DNA of 64,000 nucleotides from Octopus sinensis (taxonomy: Eukaryota), in assembly GCF_006345805.1 (NCBI RefSeq), contig NC_043015.1, positions 27,776,001 through 27,840,000 of the forward strand, read 5' to 3'. Position 1 is the first letter of the stretch, and each line of letters starts with the position of its first letter. A model generated the notes under the pieces. That model made no database searches. It was not told the origin of the DNA and saw only the letters and a list, made by a program, of their open reading frames with translations. This document shows positions 12,811 to 24,554 of this stretch, piece by piece. The position numbers were made by a program, and so were the translations under genes.

Positions 12811-14072
12811 TCATCATCATCATCATCATCGTTTAGCGTCCGTTTTCCATGCTAGCATGGGTTGGACGGTTCTACTGGGGTCTGTGAAGCCAGAAGGCTT
12901 CATCAGGCCCAGTCAAATCTGGCAGTGTTTCTACGGCTGGATGCCCTTCCTAATGCCAACCACTCCGAGAGTGTAGTGGGTGCTTTTTACGTGCCACCCG
13001 CACAGGTGCCAGACAGAGCTGGCAAACGGCCACGAACGGATGGTGCTTTTTATGTGCCACCGGCACGAGGGCCAGGCGAGGCTGGCAACGGACACGAAAT
13101 GGGGCAGTGCTGGCAACGGTCGCGAAACGGAAGGTTCTCTTACATGCCACCGGCACTGGTAACACATCTGCAATTTCCATTGATCGATTTCAATTCTGAT
13201 CCTCACTTGCCTCAACGGGTCTTCACAAGTAGAGTTTCGACATGCCACCGGCACTGGTAACACATCTGCAATTTCCATTGATCGATTTCGATTCTGATCC
13301 TCACTTGCCTCAACAGGTCTTCACAAGTAGAGTTTTGTGTCCCAAGAAGGCCACGGGTTATGGACTCACTTGTCCTGCCGGGTCTTCTCGCGCACAGCAC
13401 ACTTCCAGAGGACTCGGTCGCTAGTCATTTCCTCAGTGAGACCTAAAGTTCGATGGTCGTGCTTCACCACCTCGTCCCAGGTTTTCCTGGGTCTGCCTCT
13501 TCCACAGGTTCCCTCAACCGCTAGGGTGTGGCACTTTTTCACACAACTATCTTCATCCATTCTCGCCACATGACCATACCAGCACAAACGTCTCTCTTGC
13601 ACACCACAACTGATGCTTCTTAGGTCCAGCTTTTCTCTCAAGGTACTTACACTCTGCCGAGTATGAGTACTGACATTACACATCCATCGGAGCATACTGG
13701 CTTCATTTCTTGCGAGCTTACGCATATCCTCAGCAGTCACGGCCCATGTTTCACTGCCATGTAGCATGGCTGTTCGTACACACGCATCATACAGTCTGCC
13801 TTTCACTCTGTGCGAGAGGCCTTTTGTCACCAGCAGAGGTAAGAGCTCTCTGAACTTTGCCCAAGCTATTCTTACTCTAGCAGTTACACTTTCAGCACAC
13901 CCGCCCCCGCTGCTGACTTGGTCACCTAGGTAACGGAAACTATCAACTATTTCTAGTTTTTCTCCCTGGAAAGTGACGGAAGTTGGTCTCAGAGCATTTT
14001 CAGTGTTTATTGTTCCTGAGCATCTGCCACATACAAAAACCATCTTCCTAGTTAGCCTTCCTTTGACATTGC
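12811..14072 (-). mobile_element. 5'-truncated RTE-clade LINE with OK-like 3' UTR and (GAT)n tail
   Basis: Open 225-aa C-terminal frame 13366-14043 (FRYLGD, AMLHGSETW, LCWYGHV, GRGRPRKTW); closely similar to 30100-31337 in inverted orientation. Confidence 0.92.
13366..14043 (-). pseudogene. RTE ORF C-terminal fragment (post-RT thumb region)
   Basis: ORF track translation; lacks the RT core because of 5' truncation. Confidence 0.88.
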
Positions 14073-14484
14073 TTTGACATTAAATAAAAAATTTAAATAT
14101 GGCAACATTTGTAGTTGCTGCTTGTGTTTTTTTTCTTCTTTCTTTGTTGATAAAATCTGTAGAACATTTAGTCAAAAGTAATTTCTGCTCATTTGTTCCA
14201 TCCTCTTAGATTTTGGATTTCAATTCCATCAAGATAAACTATGACTCTCATCCTTCTGGGGTGAGAGGTAGCTCTATGAATTAAGGACCTGTTAAGTAAT
14301 TGGTACCTGTGTGATCAGTCCTTTGACCTTACCTCTAAAATATCTCAGCTGCTTCCAACCAGTGTCAAATATCACTTTCTTTTTTGTTTTGTTTTACAGT
14401 TTTGCTTATTTTAGCTGCTGTTATTGTGTTTACATACATTTACATATATTTTACATAATGCTTGGTTAATTCAAAATAATAATA

Positions 14485-14592
14485 TTCCTTCTGCTGCAGA
14501 CACAAAACTGAAGTTTGGGGCAAGGACCTAATCAATCACATCAATACTAGTGTTCAACTAGTACTTATTTTCTTGACCTCCAAAAAGATGAA
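14485..14592 (-). mobile_element. Fragment of second SINE family
   Basis: CTAGTGTTCAACTAGTACTTATTTT..GACCTCC..AAAGATGAA matches the central part of 7294-7506. Confidence 0.5.
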
Positions 14593-14595
14593 TTT

Positions 14596-16170
14596 TTGAT
14601 GAAGGTTAACGTTAGTGGAGGTGTATTTCAGGAAGATAGTCCATCACCATTGCTGTTTGTAATTTGTAGGATACCACTCATACAGATATTATGGAAAGTG
14701 ACATCAGGATACACCTTCAAAAGTGGAGAAAAGAAGTTATATCACCTGTTATATATGGATGACTTAAAGATATTTGGCAAGAGTGAGCAGGAAATAAATG
14801 GTCTGGTTTCAACAGTGAAGATATTCAGTAAGGATATCAGGATGCAATCTGGGATTAATAAGTGTCATGTGCTTATCATTAAAAAGGGCCAAGTAGTGTC
14901 ATCTGATGTTGTAGATCTGCCCAGCAGTGAGAGATTAAAGGATGCTGAGATGGATAGAAACAAGTATTGGACTATGACAAAATCAAGGAGAGTGAGATGA
15001 AGGAAAGCTTTAAATGTGAATACCCCAGGAGAACTATATTGATTATGGAGAGTTGACTCAGTCGAAAGAAGAAGATCTAGACAATGAATAGATGGGCTAT
15101 TTCCTTAATGAAATATAGTGCAGGTGTTTTTAGATGGACAAAGAACAAGCTTGAGGAAATGGATAGAAAAACCAAGAAAGTTATGGCATTGAACAAGGAA
15201 ATGTACCCTAAAAGCAATATTGATAGTCTCCATGTGCTTAGGAACAAGGGAGGAAAAGGCCTCATAGCATGCAAAATTTGTGTTGTCGAAGAGGAAAATA
15301 GTCTGGGAAGGTACACTGAACAGCAAAATGAGCCTTTGGTTGTTGCTGCTTTTAAATAGCCACATGATATCTATTGAAAATGTAACACACTCAAAAGAAT
15401 TTAAGAAATAAGATGGAGAGCAAAAATTGAACAACTAGGAAGTGAAAGTGATGCTTGAGAAATGGAAGGGAAAGACAAGACTAACACTTGGAAGTAGCTA
15501 AAGAAAAGTGATCTTAAAGAATGCACTGAGTCACTGAGGTGCAGTGGTCAGGAACAAGCTTTGAGAACTAATTACACCAAGTTCCAAATAGATAAGAGTA
15601 CTGAATTTACTCTTTGTAGGATGCGTGGTATCAAAAACGGAAAAGTCTCACATACTGTGAGTATAGCAAGTCAGCTGAAAAGGAATACAAAAAGAGGCAC
15701 ATGATAATGAAGTTTAGGTGTGTTTGTTGGTGATTGTATGATGAGTAGTCTTGAAAGGACATTGGAAAGGTATGAGCATAAATCAGGTTGTGTCAGCAAG
15801 TATAAGATCCTGTGGGATTTTCCAATCCAGTGTGATTCAGTGATTGATGTTCAGAGACAAAACATTGTTGTAATTGACAAACTGTTGAAGGAAATCAAGA
15901 TGATACCTGGAGATGAATGAATGAATGATAAACAACTGGAAAAGACTTGAAAGTAAAAGATGAGATTGCGCGAATATGGAGAGTGACGAGAATAAGTGTT
16001 ATACCAGTAGTTGTAGGGTCACTGGGAGCATTAACAACGAAGATTGAGAAATTTGTTGGAGGAAACTAGGATTGTCATGAGAGTGGAACCCGACAGTAAT
16101 GGTGTTGAGATTGGTAGTTGATTTTTAAGTAGCATAGAAGGAGACCGTGTCAGACCGTTGATGATATTAC
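14596..16170 (+). mobile_element. Degenerate 5'-truncated R4/Dong-clade LINE
   Basis: GVFQEDSPSPLLF, HLLYMDDLK, MDRKTKK, GGKGL, and ILWDFPIQCD (restriction-like endonuclease region); frameshifts and stops. Confidence 0.85.
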
Positions 16171-16310
16171 AGAATTAACTAGAGCAAGTGAAATCAAGAG
16201 CTCTGAAAAGTGAAATGACAATGATGATGATGTTGTTGCTGCTGCTGCTTCTACTGCTACTACTATTACTACTACTAATGATAACAACAACAACAACAAC
16301 AATAATAATA

Positions 16311-16388
16311 TTTATAGGATTGAGATTACTCCTCCAGAAGGTATATTTGCTTCTATACCTTCTGAAGGAGTAACCGCAATCCTATAAA
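16311..16388. repeat. 78-bp imperfect palindrome (35-bp arms, 8-nt loop, 3 mismatches)
   Basis: Arm 16311-16345 TTTATAGGATTGAGATTACTCCTCCAGAAGGTATA pairs with 16354-16388. Confidence 0.93.
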
Positions 16389-16521
16389 TGCTACCAAAAC
16401 GAAGTTGATTGACAAGTTTATTTGTTGAACCTGTGGAAGACACACGAGATATCATCGAAATATTATTCACTTGATAACAATGGCACTCTTCTTTATTTAC
16501 TACTACTAACTAACAAACTAA

Positions 16522-16522
16522 C

Positions 16523-16555
<33 letters not shown>

Positions 16556-16560
16556 TGATG

Positions 16561-16592
<32 letters not shown>

Positions 16593-16598
16593 TATAAT

Positions 16599-16637
<39 letters not shown>
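16522..16637 (+). repeat. (AAT)n microsatellite, 5' flank of Dong-like element
   Basis: Read directly. Confidence 0.97.
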
Positions 16638-16646
<9 letters not shown>

Positions 16647-19600
16647 GAGAACAAAAATGCTCCGCAAATATAACATCACAGAAAAAGATTTGCCGGAGAT
16701 AAAAGAAAAGCTGAAGCAAGATATCCTTGCCAAAGCTCAAAGGATCCGCCAGTATGAGAAACGCCAACGCTTCTTTGAACAGAACAAAAAGTTCAACTCC
16801 AACCCCAAAAAGTTCTACCAAGAACTGGGAAAAAATAAAATAGAAGTCACTGCAGCACCAACGGCAGAAGAATTGGAAGAATTCTGGAGAGAAATATGGA
16901 CGGCGAACGAACAGCCAAAAAAAAGGAGTATCAAAATAACAAACTCGGCATCTGAACAACTTTGGACCCCCATAACAACTGAAGAGGTCACCCAGGCACT
17001 GCAAAAACTAAGCAACTGGAAGGCACCTGGGCATGACAAGATCCCCAACTTCTGGTTGAAATATCTAACAGGAATGCACAAAAAGCTGGCTGAAAACTTT
17101 AACAGCATACTAGCAGAGCCAGAGACAATGCCTGAATAGCTCACGAAGGGGAAAACCATCTTAATTCCCAAATCAAATGAAACAGCAAAACCAGAAAACT
17201 ACAGACCAATAACCTGCCTCCCTACTATGTTCAAGGCATTTACTGCAGTGATATCGCAGAGGCTGAACAAGCACCTGGACGAAAACAAACTGTTCCCAGA
17301 AGAGCAGAAAGGATGCCGCAAAGGCTCATATGGTTGTAAAGATCAACTAATGATTAATAAAGCCGTAACTGAAGACAGCCACAGAAAGAAGAAAGGCCTC
17401 AGTATGGCCTGGATTGACTACAAAAAGGCGTTTGATAGCATCCCCCACACATGGATCCTCGAAACACTAGCCATTAACAAAGTAGCACCAACAATCATAA
17501 AATTCATAGAGCACTCTATGAATAAATGGCAAACAGTCCTACACCTCCAAACAAAAGAGGGACTCATGAAAACCAAAGACATCCCCATTAGAAGAGGAAT
17601 ATTCCAGGGAGACACGCTCTCTCCACTCCTTTTCTGCTTGGCACTGTCACCTCTATCTGATATGCTAAATAGAACTGGATGCGGATATAAATGTTACGGC
17701 AAAACGATCAGCCACCTTTTATATATGGATGACCTAAAACTATACGCTGCAAATGACAAACAGCTGGAAACACTATTAAAGACAGTTCATGGATTTACCA
17801 AAGAAATAGATATGAAATTTGGATTAGAAAAATGCGCCAAAGTAACCATGAAAAGAGGAAAACTAGTTAAGAGTAACAACATCACACTAGATAAAACCAA
17901 TGAAATAGGCGCAGGTGTGGCTGTGTGGTAAGTAGCTTGCTAACCAACCACATGGTTCCGGGTTCAGTCCCACTGCGTGGCATCTTGGGCAAGTGTCTTC
18001 TGCTATAGCCCCGGGCCGACCAATGCCTTGTGAGTGGATTTGGTAGACGGAAACTGAAAGAAGCCTGTTGTATATATGTATATATATATATATATATGTG
18101 TGTGTTTGTGTGTCTGTGTTTGTCCCCCTAGCATCGCTTGACAACCGATGCTGGTGTGTTTACGTCCCTGTCACTTAGTGGTTCGGCAAAAAAGAGACCG
18201 ATAGAATAAGTACTGGGCTTACAAAGAATAAGTCCCGGGGTCGAGTTGCTCGATTAAAGGCAGTGCTCCAGCATGGCCACAGTCAAATGACTGAAACGAG
18301 TAAAAAGAGAAAAAAGAAAAAAGAAAAAAGAATTAGACCAAAGCCAAACTTACAAATACTTAGGAATCCATGAACTAGATAAGACACAACACACACAAAT
18401 GAAAGAGAAAATAAAAAAAGAATATTATAGACGAGTTAGATCAATACTAAACACAGAGCTCAATGCTAAAAACAAGATAATAGGTATCAACACTTTAGCT
18501 GTCCCAGTTATAAGTTACAGCTACAATATCCTTAACTGGACACGAAATGAACTGTCCAAAATAGATAGGAAAACAAGAAAAATACTGACAGGATCTAGGA
18601 TGCATCACCCAAAATCTGACATAGAACGACTATATATACAACGTATAGAAGGTGGTAGAGGGCTTATACAGCTGGAAAACTACTATAAAATAACCACCAT
18701 AGGACTGCAAAAATATCTACTTCAGAAGGAAAGAAACCTGATCCAGATAGCAGCAAAACACGAGCAAAACAAAAAACTGTTCTCAGTATTTAAGGAAGCT
18801 GACAAATACAAACAAGAAATCATACCACCTAATAAACACGAAGAAGAAGAAGAAGATGAGGAAGAAACAACAAAAGCTATAAAACAAATGAAATCCAAAC
18901 TAAAAATAGAACAGCAACGAACCATGATAAAACGATGACAAGAAAAGCCCCTTCATGGTAAATACTGCACTAAACTAAACGCAAAAGAAATAGACAAAGA
19001 AAAATCCCAGCAATGGTTGAGAAGCTCAGGACTCAAAGCAGAAACAGAGGGATTTTTAATTGCAGCACAAGACCAAAGCCTCCCCACCAGAAATTACCAA
19101 AAACATGTAATGAAAAGAAATATTACAAGTAACTGCAGAATATGTGGAGATGGACAAGAAACAATAAATCATATTATCTCTAGCTGCCCAGTCCTGGCTA
19201 AGAAGGAATATATTCACAGACATGACAGAGTTGGAACCTACATACATTGGAAGCTATGCCAACATTATGGAATAACAACAGAAAAAAGATGGTATAGGCA
19301 CACACCAGAAAGGTCACAGAAAACGAGAAAAAAAATGCTTTCTAATTGATGTATCAATACCGGCAGATGACAACGTGTCTCTAAAAGAAATGGAGAAACT
19401 CTCAAAATACAAAGACCTGGAAATAGAGATAACCAGAATGTGGAATCTGAAAACAGAAACAATTCCTATCATAGTAGGTGCATTAGGCATGATAAAAAAA
19501 TATTCAGACAAATACATAACAAAAACACCAGGACTTACAAACACATATAACATACAGAAAATTGCACTACTAGGCACTGCACACATCCTATGCAGAACAC

Positions 19601-19711
19601 TTTCCATACAATAACCATCAGAGCATCACAACAAATCACAGCACATACCCAAGGCACACAGAGCTGCGCTCGGTAGTGAAGTGAAAGCACGCTATAAAAA
19701 TAAAACTACTG
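16638..19711 (+). mobile_element. 5'-truncated Dong/R4-clade LINE (RT, CCHC knuckle, partly deleted restriction-like endonuclease) in (AAT)n
   Basis: NWKAPGHDKIPNFWLK, WIDYKKAFDS, GIFQGDTLSPLLFC, HLLYMDDLK, CRICGDGQETINHIISSC, EKLSKYKDL; TGG-to-stop changes at 17137 and 18936; SINE insertion; (AAT)n on both sides. Confidence 0.95.
17908..18326 (+). mobile_element. Full-length OR-type tRNA-derived SINE inserted in the Dong RT
   Basis: Starts GGCGCAGGTGTGGCTGTGTGGTAAG (A box-like), GGTTCAGTCCC (B box-like), ends in (AAAAAG)n; removing it restores the frame NEI-KELDQ. Confidence 0.95.
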
Positions 19712-19731
19712 AATAATAATAATAATAATAA

Positions 19732-20824
19732 CATTATTATGTAAGACCGAAAAACTTCACTCTATTCTTAAAGAGAGCAAAAAATTCGCTACTGATCTCT
19801 TAGATACCTACCAGATTGATCAGGTTGAAGGAGATGTGCCAACTGCTGCTGCAAAGAAAACAAAATTAATTGCAAAGACAAAAGCACATGAAAAATTAGC
19901 TAGCAGATGGGAACAGTAACCTCTGCATGGCCCATAACAAAAAAGCTGATGTCAACCAGAAACACACGCACCAATGGTTATGCAGCTCAGGGCTAAAAGC
20001 AGAGAGTGAAGGCTTCATATTAGCTGCTTAATACCAAAGCTTATTAACCCGGAACTACCAAGCCAATGTAATAAAAAATGGAGCTGACCCAAAATACCGA
20101 TTCTGTAATGATGAGATTGAAACTATAGACCACCTAATCTCAGGGTATAGAGTCTTAGCACCTGTAGAATATAAAGCAAGACATGACAGAGTCGGCCAGT
20201 ATTTAAATTGGATGATATGTTGGCATTATAAAATCAAAACCGCTGACAAATGGTATAAACACCATCCTGAAGCTGTGACTGAGGCAGAAAATGTGTTGAT
20301 TCTATGGGACTTCCCCGTACATACTGACAAAACTATAAAAGCTAATAAACCGGATATTATTATAAAAGATCAGACAAAAAAGGTGTGTTTATTAATTGAC
20401 ATGAGTATTCCTTGTGATCACAATATAGCGGCAAAAGAATTTGACAAGATCAGTAAATATAAAGACTTGCTAATAGAAATTGAAAAAATGTGGCATCTCA
20501 AGGCGACTACAGTACCAGTGATTGTAGGATCTCTAGGAATGATAAAAACAAGGTACTGAAACCTATTTGAAAATGATACCAGGCTTACCATCCCTACAGG
20601 ATGTGCAAAAAATCATATTAACTGGAATGGCTCATGCACTGAGAAGAGCATTATCGCTGTGAAAACAACATCCATTCATGAATTTATTTATCTATTAATT
20701 TTTAAATACATATTTTACCTGTGAATTTGCTTGTAATCTGGGAGTGCATACAATGAGCTTCTCTGCTCTAGGTGTATGGAAAACACTCGGTGAGAAACGG
20801 ATGAAAATTTGAAGAAAGAAGGAA

Positions 20825-20825
<1 letters not shown>
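19732..20825 (+). mobile_element. 3' fragment of a second, diverged Dong/R4 family in tandem
   Basis: HQWLCSSGLKAESEGF, WDFPVHTDKTIKANKPDIII, LIDMSIP, KISKYKDL; 3' UTR ends in (AAT)n. Confidence 0.9.
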
Positions 20826-20919
<94 letters not shown>

Positions 20920-20942
20920 CAATAATAATAACAATAATAATA
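20826..20942 (+). repeat. (AAT)n microsatellite / Dong tail
   Basis: Read directly. Confidence 0.97.
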
Positions 20943-21539
20943 AGAGACCTCTGACAACAAGCTATTGTCTGCTCTCACAGAAACAACCAGAGCAAACAAG
21001 ACTGACCGCTCTATGAAGTAAAACAATAATAATAATGATTTTTTTTTTATTATTATCTTCAGGAAAATATTCCAGTTGGAGAATGAAATTTACAATGAAG
21101 AATATCTTGTTTTGAAAGAACAGTTTGAAATACTAAAAGACAGAACAAATCTGACAGACTGAAAGCAATATATTTTATTTCTAATCACAATTATTTCACT
21201 TTGCCTCTTGAACAGCTGTTTACCAAGAATTCTTTATGATAGTATTTTTCCCCCATTTTCCTTGTATTTTCTTCTTAATATATTTATTTGGTTTAATTCA
21301 TATTCTTTATTGTTTTAATGCTAACTTTTGTCATATATTCTTCATTTTCTTCTAAAGTTTTGATGTCTATATATATATATATATGATGCAAATAAAAAAA
21401 ATAAATATACTTGAGCCTGGTATATAAAATATACATACATATAAAGGGTGTGGTGAATAAATTGTGGTCTATATTATTGTGGTAATTTACCAAAATTACA
21501 TAAAAATATCTTGAAGTACTAAAGAATAAATTTATTCAA

Positions 21540-22070
21540 TAAAATTGCCATTCGCTTCAACCACTGCCTGCAGATGACTTCGGAATCTCCTGCAACTCTT
21601 CTGGACGGTCTCCTTATTTAAGTTGGTGAATTCTGCCATAATCTTTGCCTTCAGTTCATCTTTACTGTAACAAGGAGTTTTGTTGGTCTTTTGAGCAACT
21701 ACATCCCACACATAATAATCAAGGGGGTTGAAGTCTGGGGAGTTGGGTGGCTAGATGTTAGGGGTGATGTAGTTGCAGAAGTTGTCTGACAGCCATGAAT
21801 GGGCTCTCCTGCTTGTGTGGCATTGTGTAGAGTCCTGTGGCCAGACATAGTATCTTCCAGAAGCTATGCTCTTCACCAGGGCAGCACTACCTCCTCCAGG
21901 CACTTGATGTGGGCCTCCATGTTGAGTGTGAGGCCATGTAGGAAGACGAACAGAGGCATAATGTCGCCATCACTAGTGATCACTCCAAACACCATAATGA
22001 CAACTGGATGTTTCATTTTTATCACTCTCGGTGCATGTTTTGGGGGCACAGCAAGCCTACAGATTGACTC
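21540..22070 (-). mobile_element. Tc1/mariner transposase relic (WPPNSPDLNPLDY-type, maT/DD37D-like C-terminal half)
   Basis: Minus strand reads YVWPQDST.CHTSR..HSWLSDNF....PNI*PPNSPDFNPLDYYVWD. Confidence 0.75.
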
Positions 22071-22416
22071 CTAAATACTCTTAAATGTTCTGGCAGAGTG
22101 AATTACATCATGGTGCTGTTTTACTCACAGATGGCATCCAACTGACCCTGCCATACTGTGAAATCAACAAAATCAAAAACATACAATGCAGATGCACGAA
22201 ATTACAGATATAAAATGGTGGCAATTTATGCATTGGACCCTGCATACATGTAAATATATATAGGGATATATATAGAAGCAAAAACTGAAAATATGCAGAA
22301 GATGACTATTTAGCATAAAGATATTCATGTATTTACATGGAGTACAAAGGATACGTATGCATACATCTAAGTACATAGGTATGTATGTGTGTATGCATGA
22401 GTATATGTATACATGT

Positions 22417-23690
22417 AGTTACCTCTATCATAAGAGACCTTTTGTAAGCTGATGATTGTGAGCTAGTAGCACACACAGAGATTGATATGCAACACATTTT
22501 GAATGCATTCTCTGATGCTTGCACTGCCTTAGGATTGACAGTCAATCTCAGGAAAACTGTTGTCTTGTACCAACATGCCCCTGGTAAGCAGTATAGTGTA
22601 CCAAATATCTATGTGTATGGTAAACGACTTGATGTAGTTGATCAATTTGTCTACCTGGGAAGCACTATTAATAGATATAGCAATTTGGATGATGAAATTC
22701 CATATAGAATTAGGAAAGCAAGTGTTGCTTTCGGAAGGCTAGAAAGGCGCCTCTGGAGTCGGCGAGACATATGCAGAAAGACAAAGATAAAGGTATACAA
22801 GGCATATGTGCTCCCTTCTCTTCTCTATGCCTGCGAGACGTGGGTCACATATCGATACCACCTTAAACAACTGGAACATTTCCATCAGATGTGCCTCAGA
22901 TGGATCTATGGCATTAAGTGGAAGGACCACATCAGTGATCTTGAAATATTGGAAGGCTCGCGGTGTGAAAGTATTGAAGCTCTTGTGTTAAAGCAAAGGC
23001 TCAGATGGAGTGGTCATCTGGTCAGGATGAAGGATTCAAGGATACCAAAACAACTCTTTTATGGAGAGTTAGCTAAAGGAGAACGACCTCCACATAAACC
23101 AAAAAAGAGGTATAAGGACTTTCTGAAGGCTTCCTTAACATATGCTTGCATCTCTCCTGACACATGGGAGGGTATAGCTATTGATCGTAGGAGATGGAGA
23201 AGGATTGTGCACGAGGGGACAGCTACTTTTGAGAAATCTCAAGTTGTGCATGAGAAAGTAAGGAGGGATATCAGGAAGGGCATCGCTGTTACACTTCCAG
23301 ATGGGAAGGGTCTTCCTATGATGCTGACATACAGTGTCTGTGCAAGACCCTGCCTCAGTAAAGCTGGACTCAAGAGTCATCTTCGTAGTCATAAAGTGAG
23401 ACAGATGAGTGACAACTGGCCACTGGTGGAGGTGTTACACACCATACTAATCATATCTGTCAGGCATGTGGAAGAGAGTGTAATTTGGCAGGAGGACTTA
23501 AACGACATGCAAAGTTACATGAAGCCCAGTTACAACTACAGCCAGCTATTACTGGTTTTAGCTGCCAATTCTGTATAAGACATTGTAGATCTTTAGCTGG
23601 GCTAAAAAGTCACATTCGATCTCAGTACCAATAACAGTTAAGCTTCGTGCAATGGCCATACTCGATAACAAGGGGGCAGCCATCATGTAT
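22417..23690 (+). mobile_element. 5'-truncated RTE (BovB-like) LINE with C-terminal C2H2 zinc fingers
   Basis: *ADD at about 22447 then ORF 22487-23578 (FVYLGS, LLYACETW, LRWSGHLVRM, RIPKQLFYGEL, KRYKD); three finger motifs at the end. Confidence 0.9.
22487..23634 (+). pseudogene. RTE ORF C-terminal part, one frameshift near 23415, true stop at 23632-23634
   Basis: Manual translation of the shifted frame gives two further Cx2Cx12Hx3H-type fingers. Confidence 0.8.
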
Positions 23691-23692
23691 TC

Positions 23693-23737
<45 letters not shown>

Positions 23738-23781
23738 TATATATATATATATGTATTTATGTATATATATGATATATATAC

Positions 23782-23840
<59 letters not shown>

Positions 23841-23842
<2 letters not shown>

Positions 23843-24270
23843 TAAGCAATAAGGGTTTAGCAACGAGTGCCTACCACATACCAAATTTAGAAATAGCATC
23901 AAGGGTTATAGCTATTTCTTCTACTAAAAAGGGAGATCTCAGTAAAAACAGCATTTGGAAGGCACAAAACAGGTACGAGAGAATGAATTACTGCAATCTA
24001 TCATACATTTTTTTAGTTATCCACGGACGTACGTTTCGAAATCAAGTTTTAAGGAAAGCATACGAATTAATATTAAATATTAAATAATAAATAATTCTAT
24101 CTACCGAAACTTCTTTTCTCTTCAGCGTAAATACTATAATCATAAATGATTATATTTGAATTTGAGATACCAGAAGGCACCAACTCCACTCAGTATCAGA
24201 GCGAGCTAGAACCCGCAACTGGTATCACCGAATTCAATTGGTGATGAAACGATTGTGAACAGCCCCTTCC
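23841..24270 (-). mobile_element. Probable Penelope-like element terminal repeat, abutting (TA)n
   Basis: Contains a hammerhead motif; its terminal about 85 bp recur inverted at 60360-60447; no coding evidence, so the PLE assignment is inferred. Confidence 0.55.
24018..24133 (-). ncRNA. Type I hammerhead ribozyme motif with canonical core
   Basis: Stem I UAUUUACG/CGUGGAUA; CUGAAGA 24125-24119; stem II GAAA-AG-AAGUUU / AAACUU-GA-UUUC; GAAA 24037-24034; stem III AC-GUAC-GU; GUC cleavage triplet. Confidence 0.82.
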
Positions 24271-24359
24271 CACTCTCTACTGAGGTGTGGTCATATCTGA
24301 AGCAGTTCTACTATTCTTTGATCTGTGTTTTACTCAGATGATGATATATATATATATAT

Positions 24360-24550
24360 CATCATCATCATCATCATCATCGTTTAATGTCCACTTTCCA
24401 TGCTAGCATGGGTTGGACGATTTTGACTGAGGGCTGGCGAACCAGATGGCTGCATCAGGCTCCAATCTTGATTTGGCAGAGTTTCTACAGCTGGATGCCC
24501 TTCCTAACGTCAACCACTCCAAGAGTGTAGTGGGTGCTTTTTACGTGCCA
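24360..24550 (-). mobile_element. OK-type SINE
   Basis: (CAT)n tail, TTTCCATGCTAGCATGGGTTGGACG ... GTAGTGGGTGCTTTTTACGTGCC. Confidence 0.88.
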
Positions 24551-24554
24551 TTCT

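Noticed and set aside
17908-17975. tRNA-like sequence
   Set aside because: It is the head of a SINE; no complete cloverleaf, and it continues into SINE body
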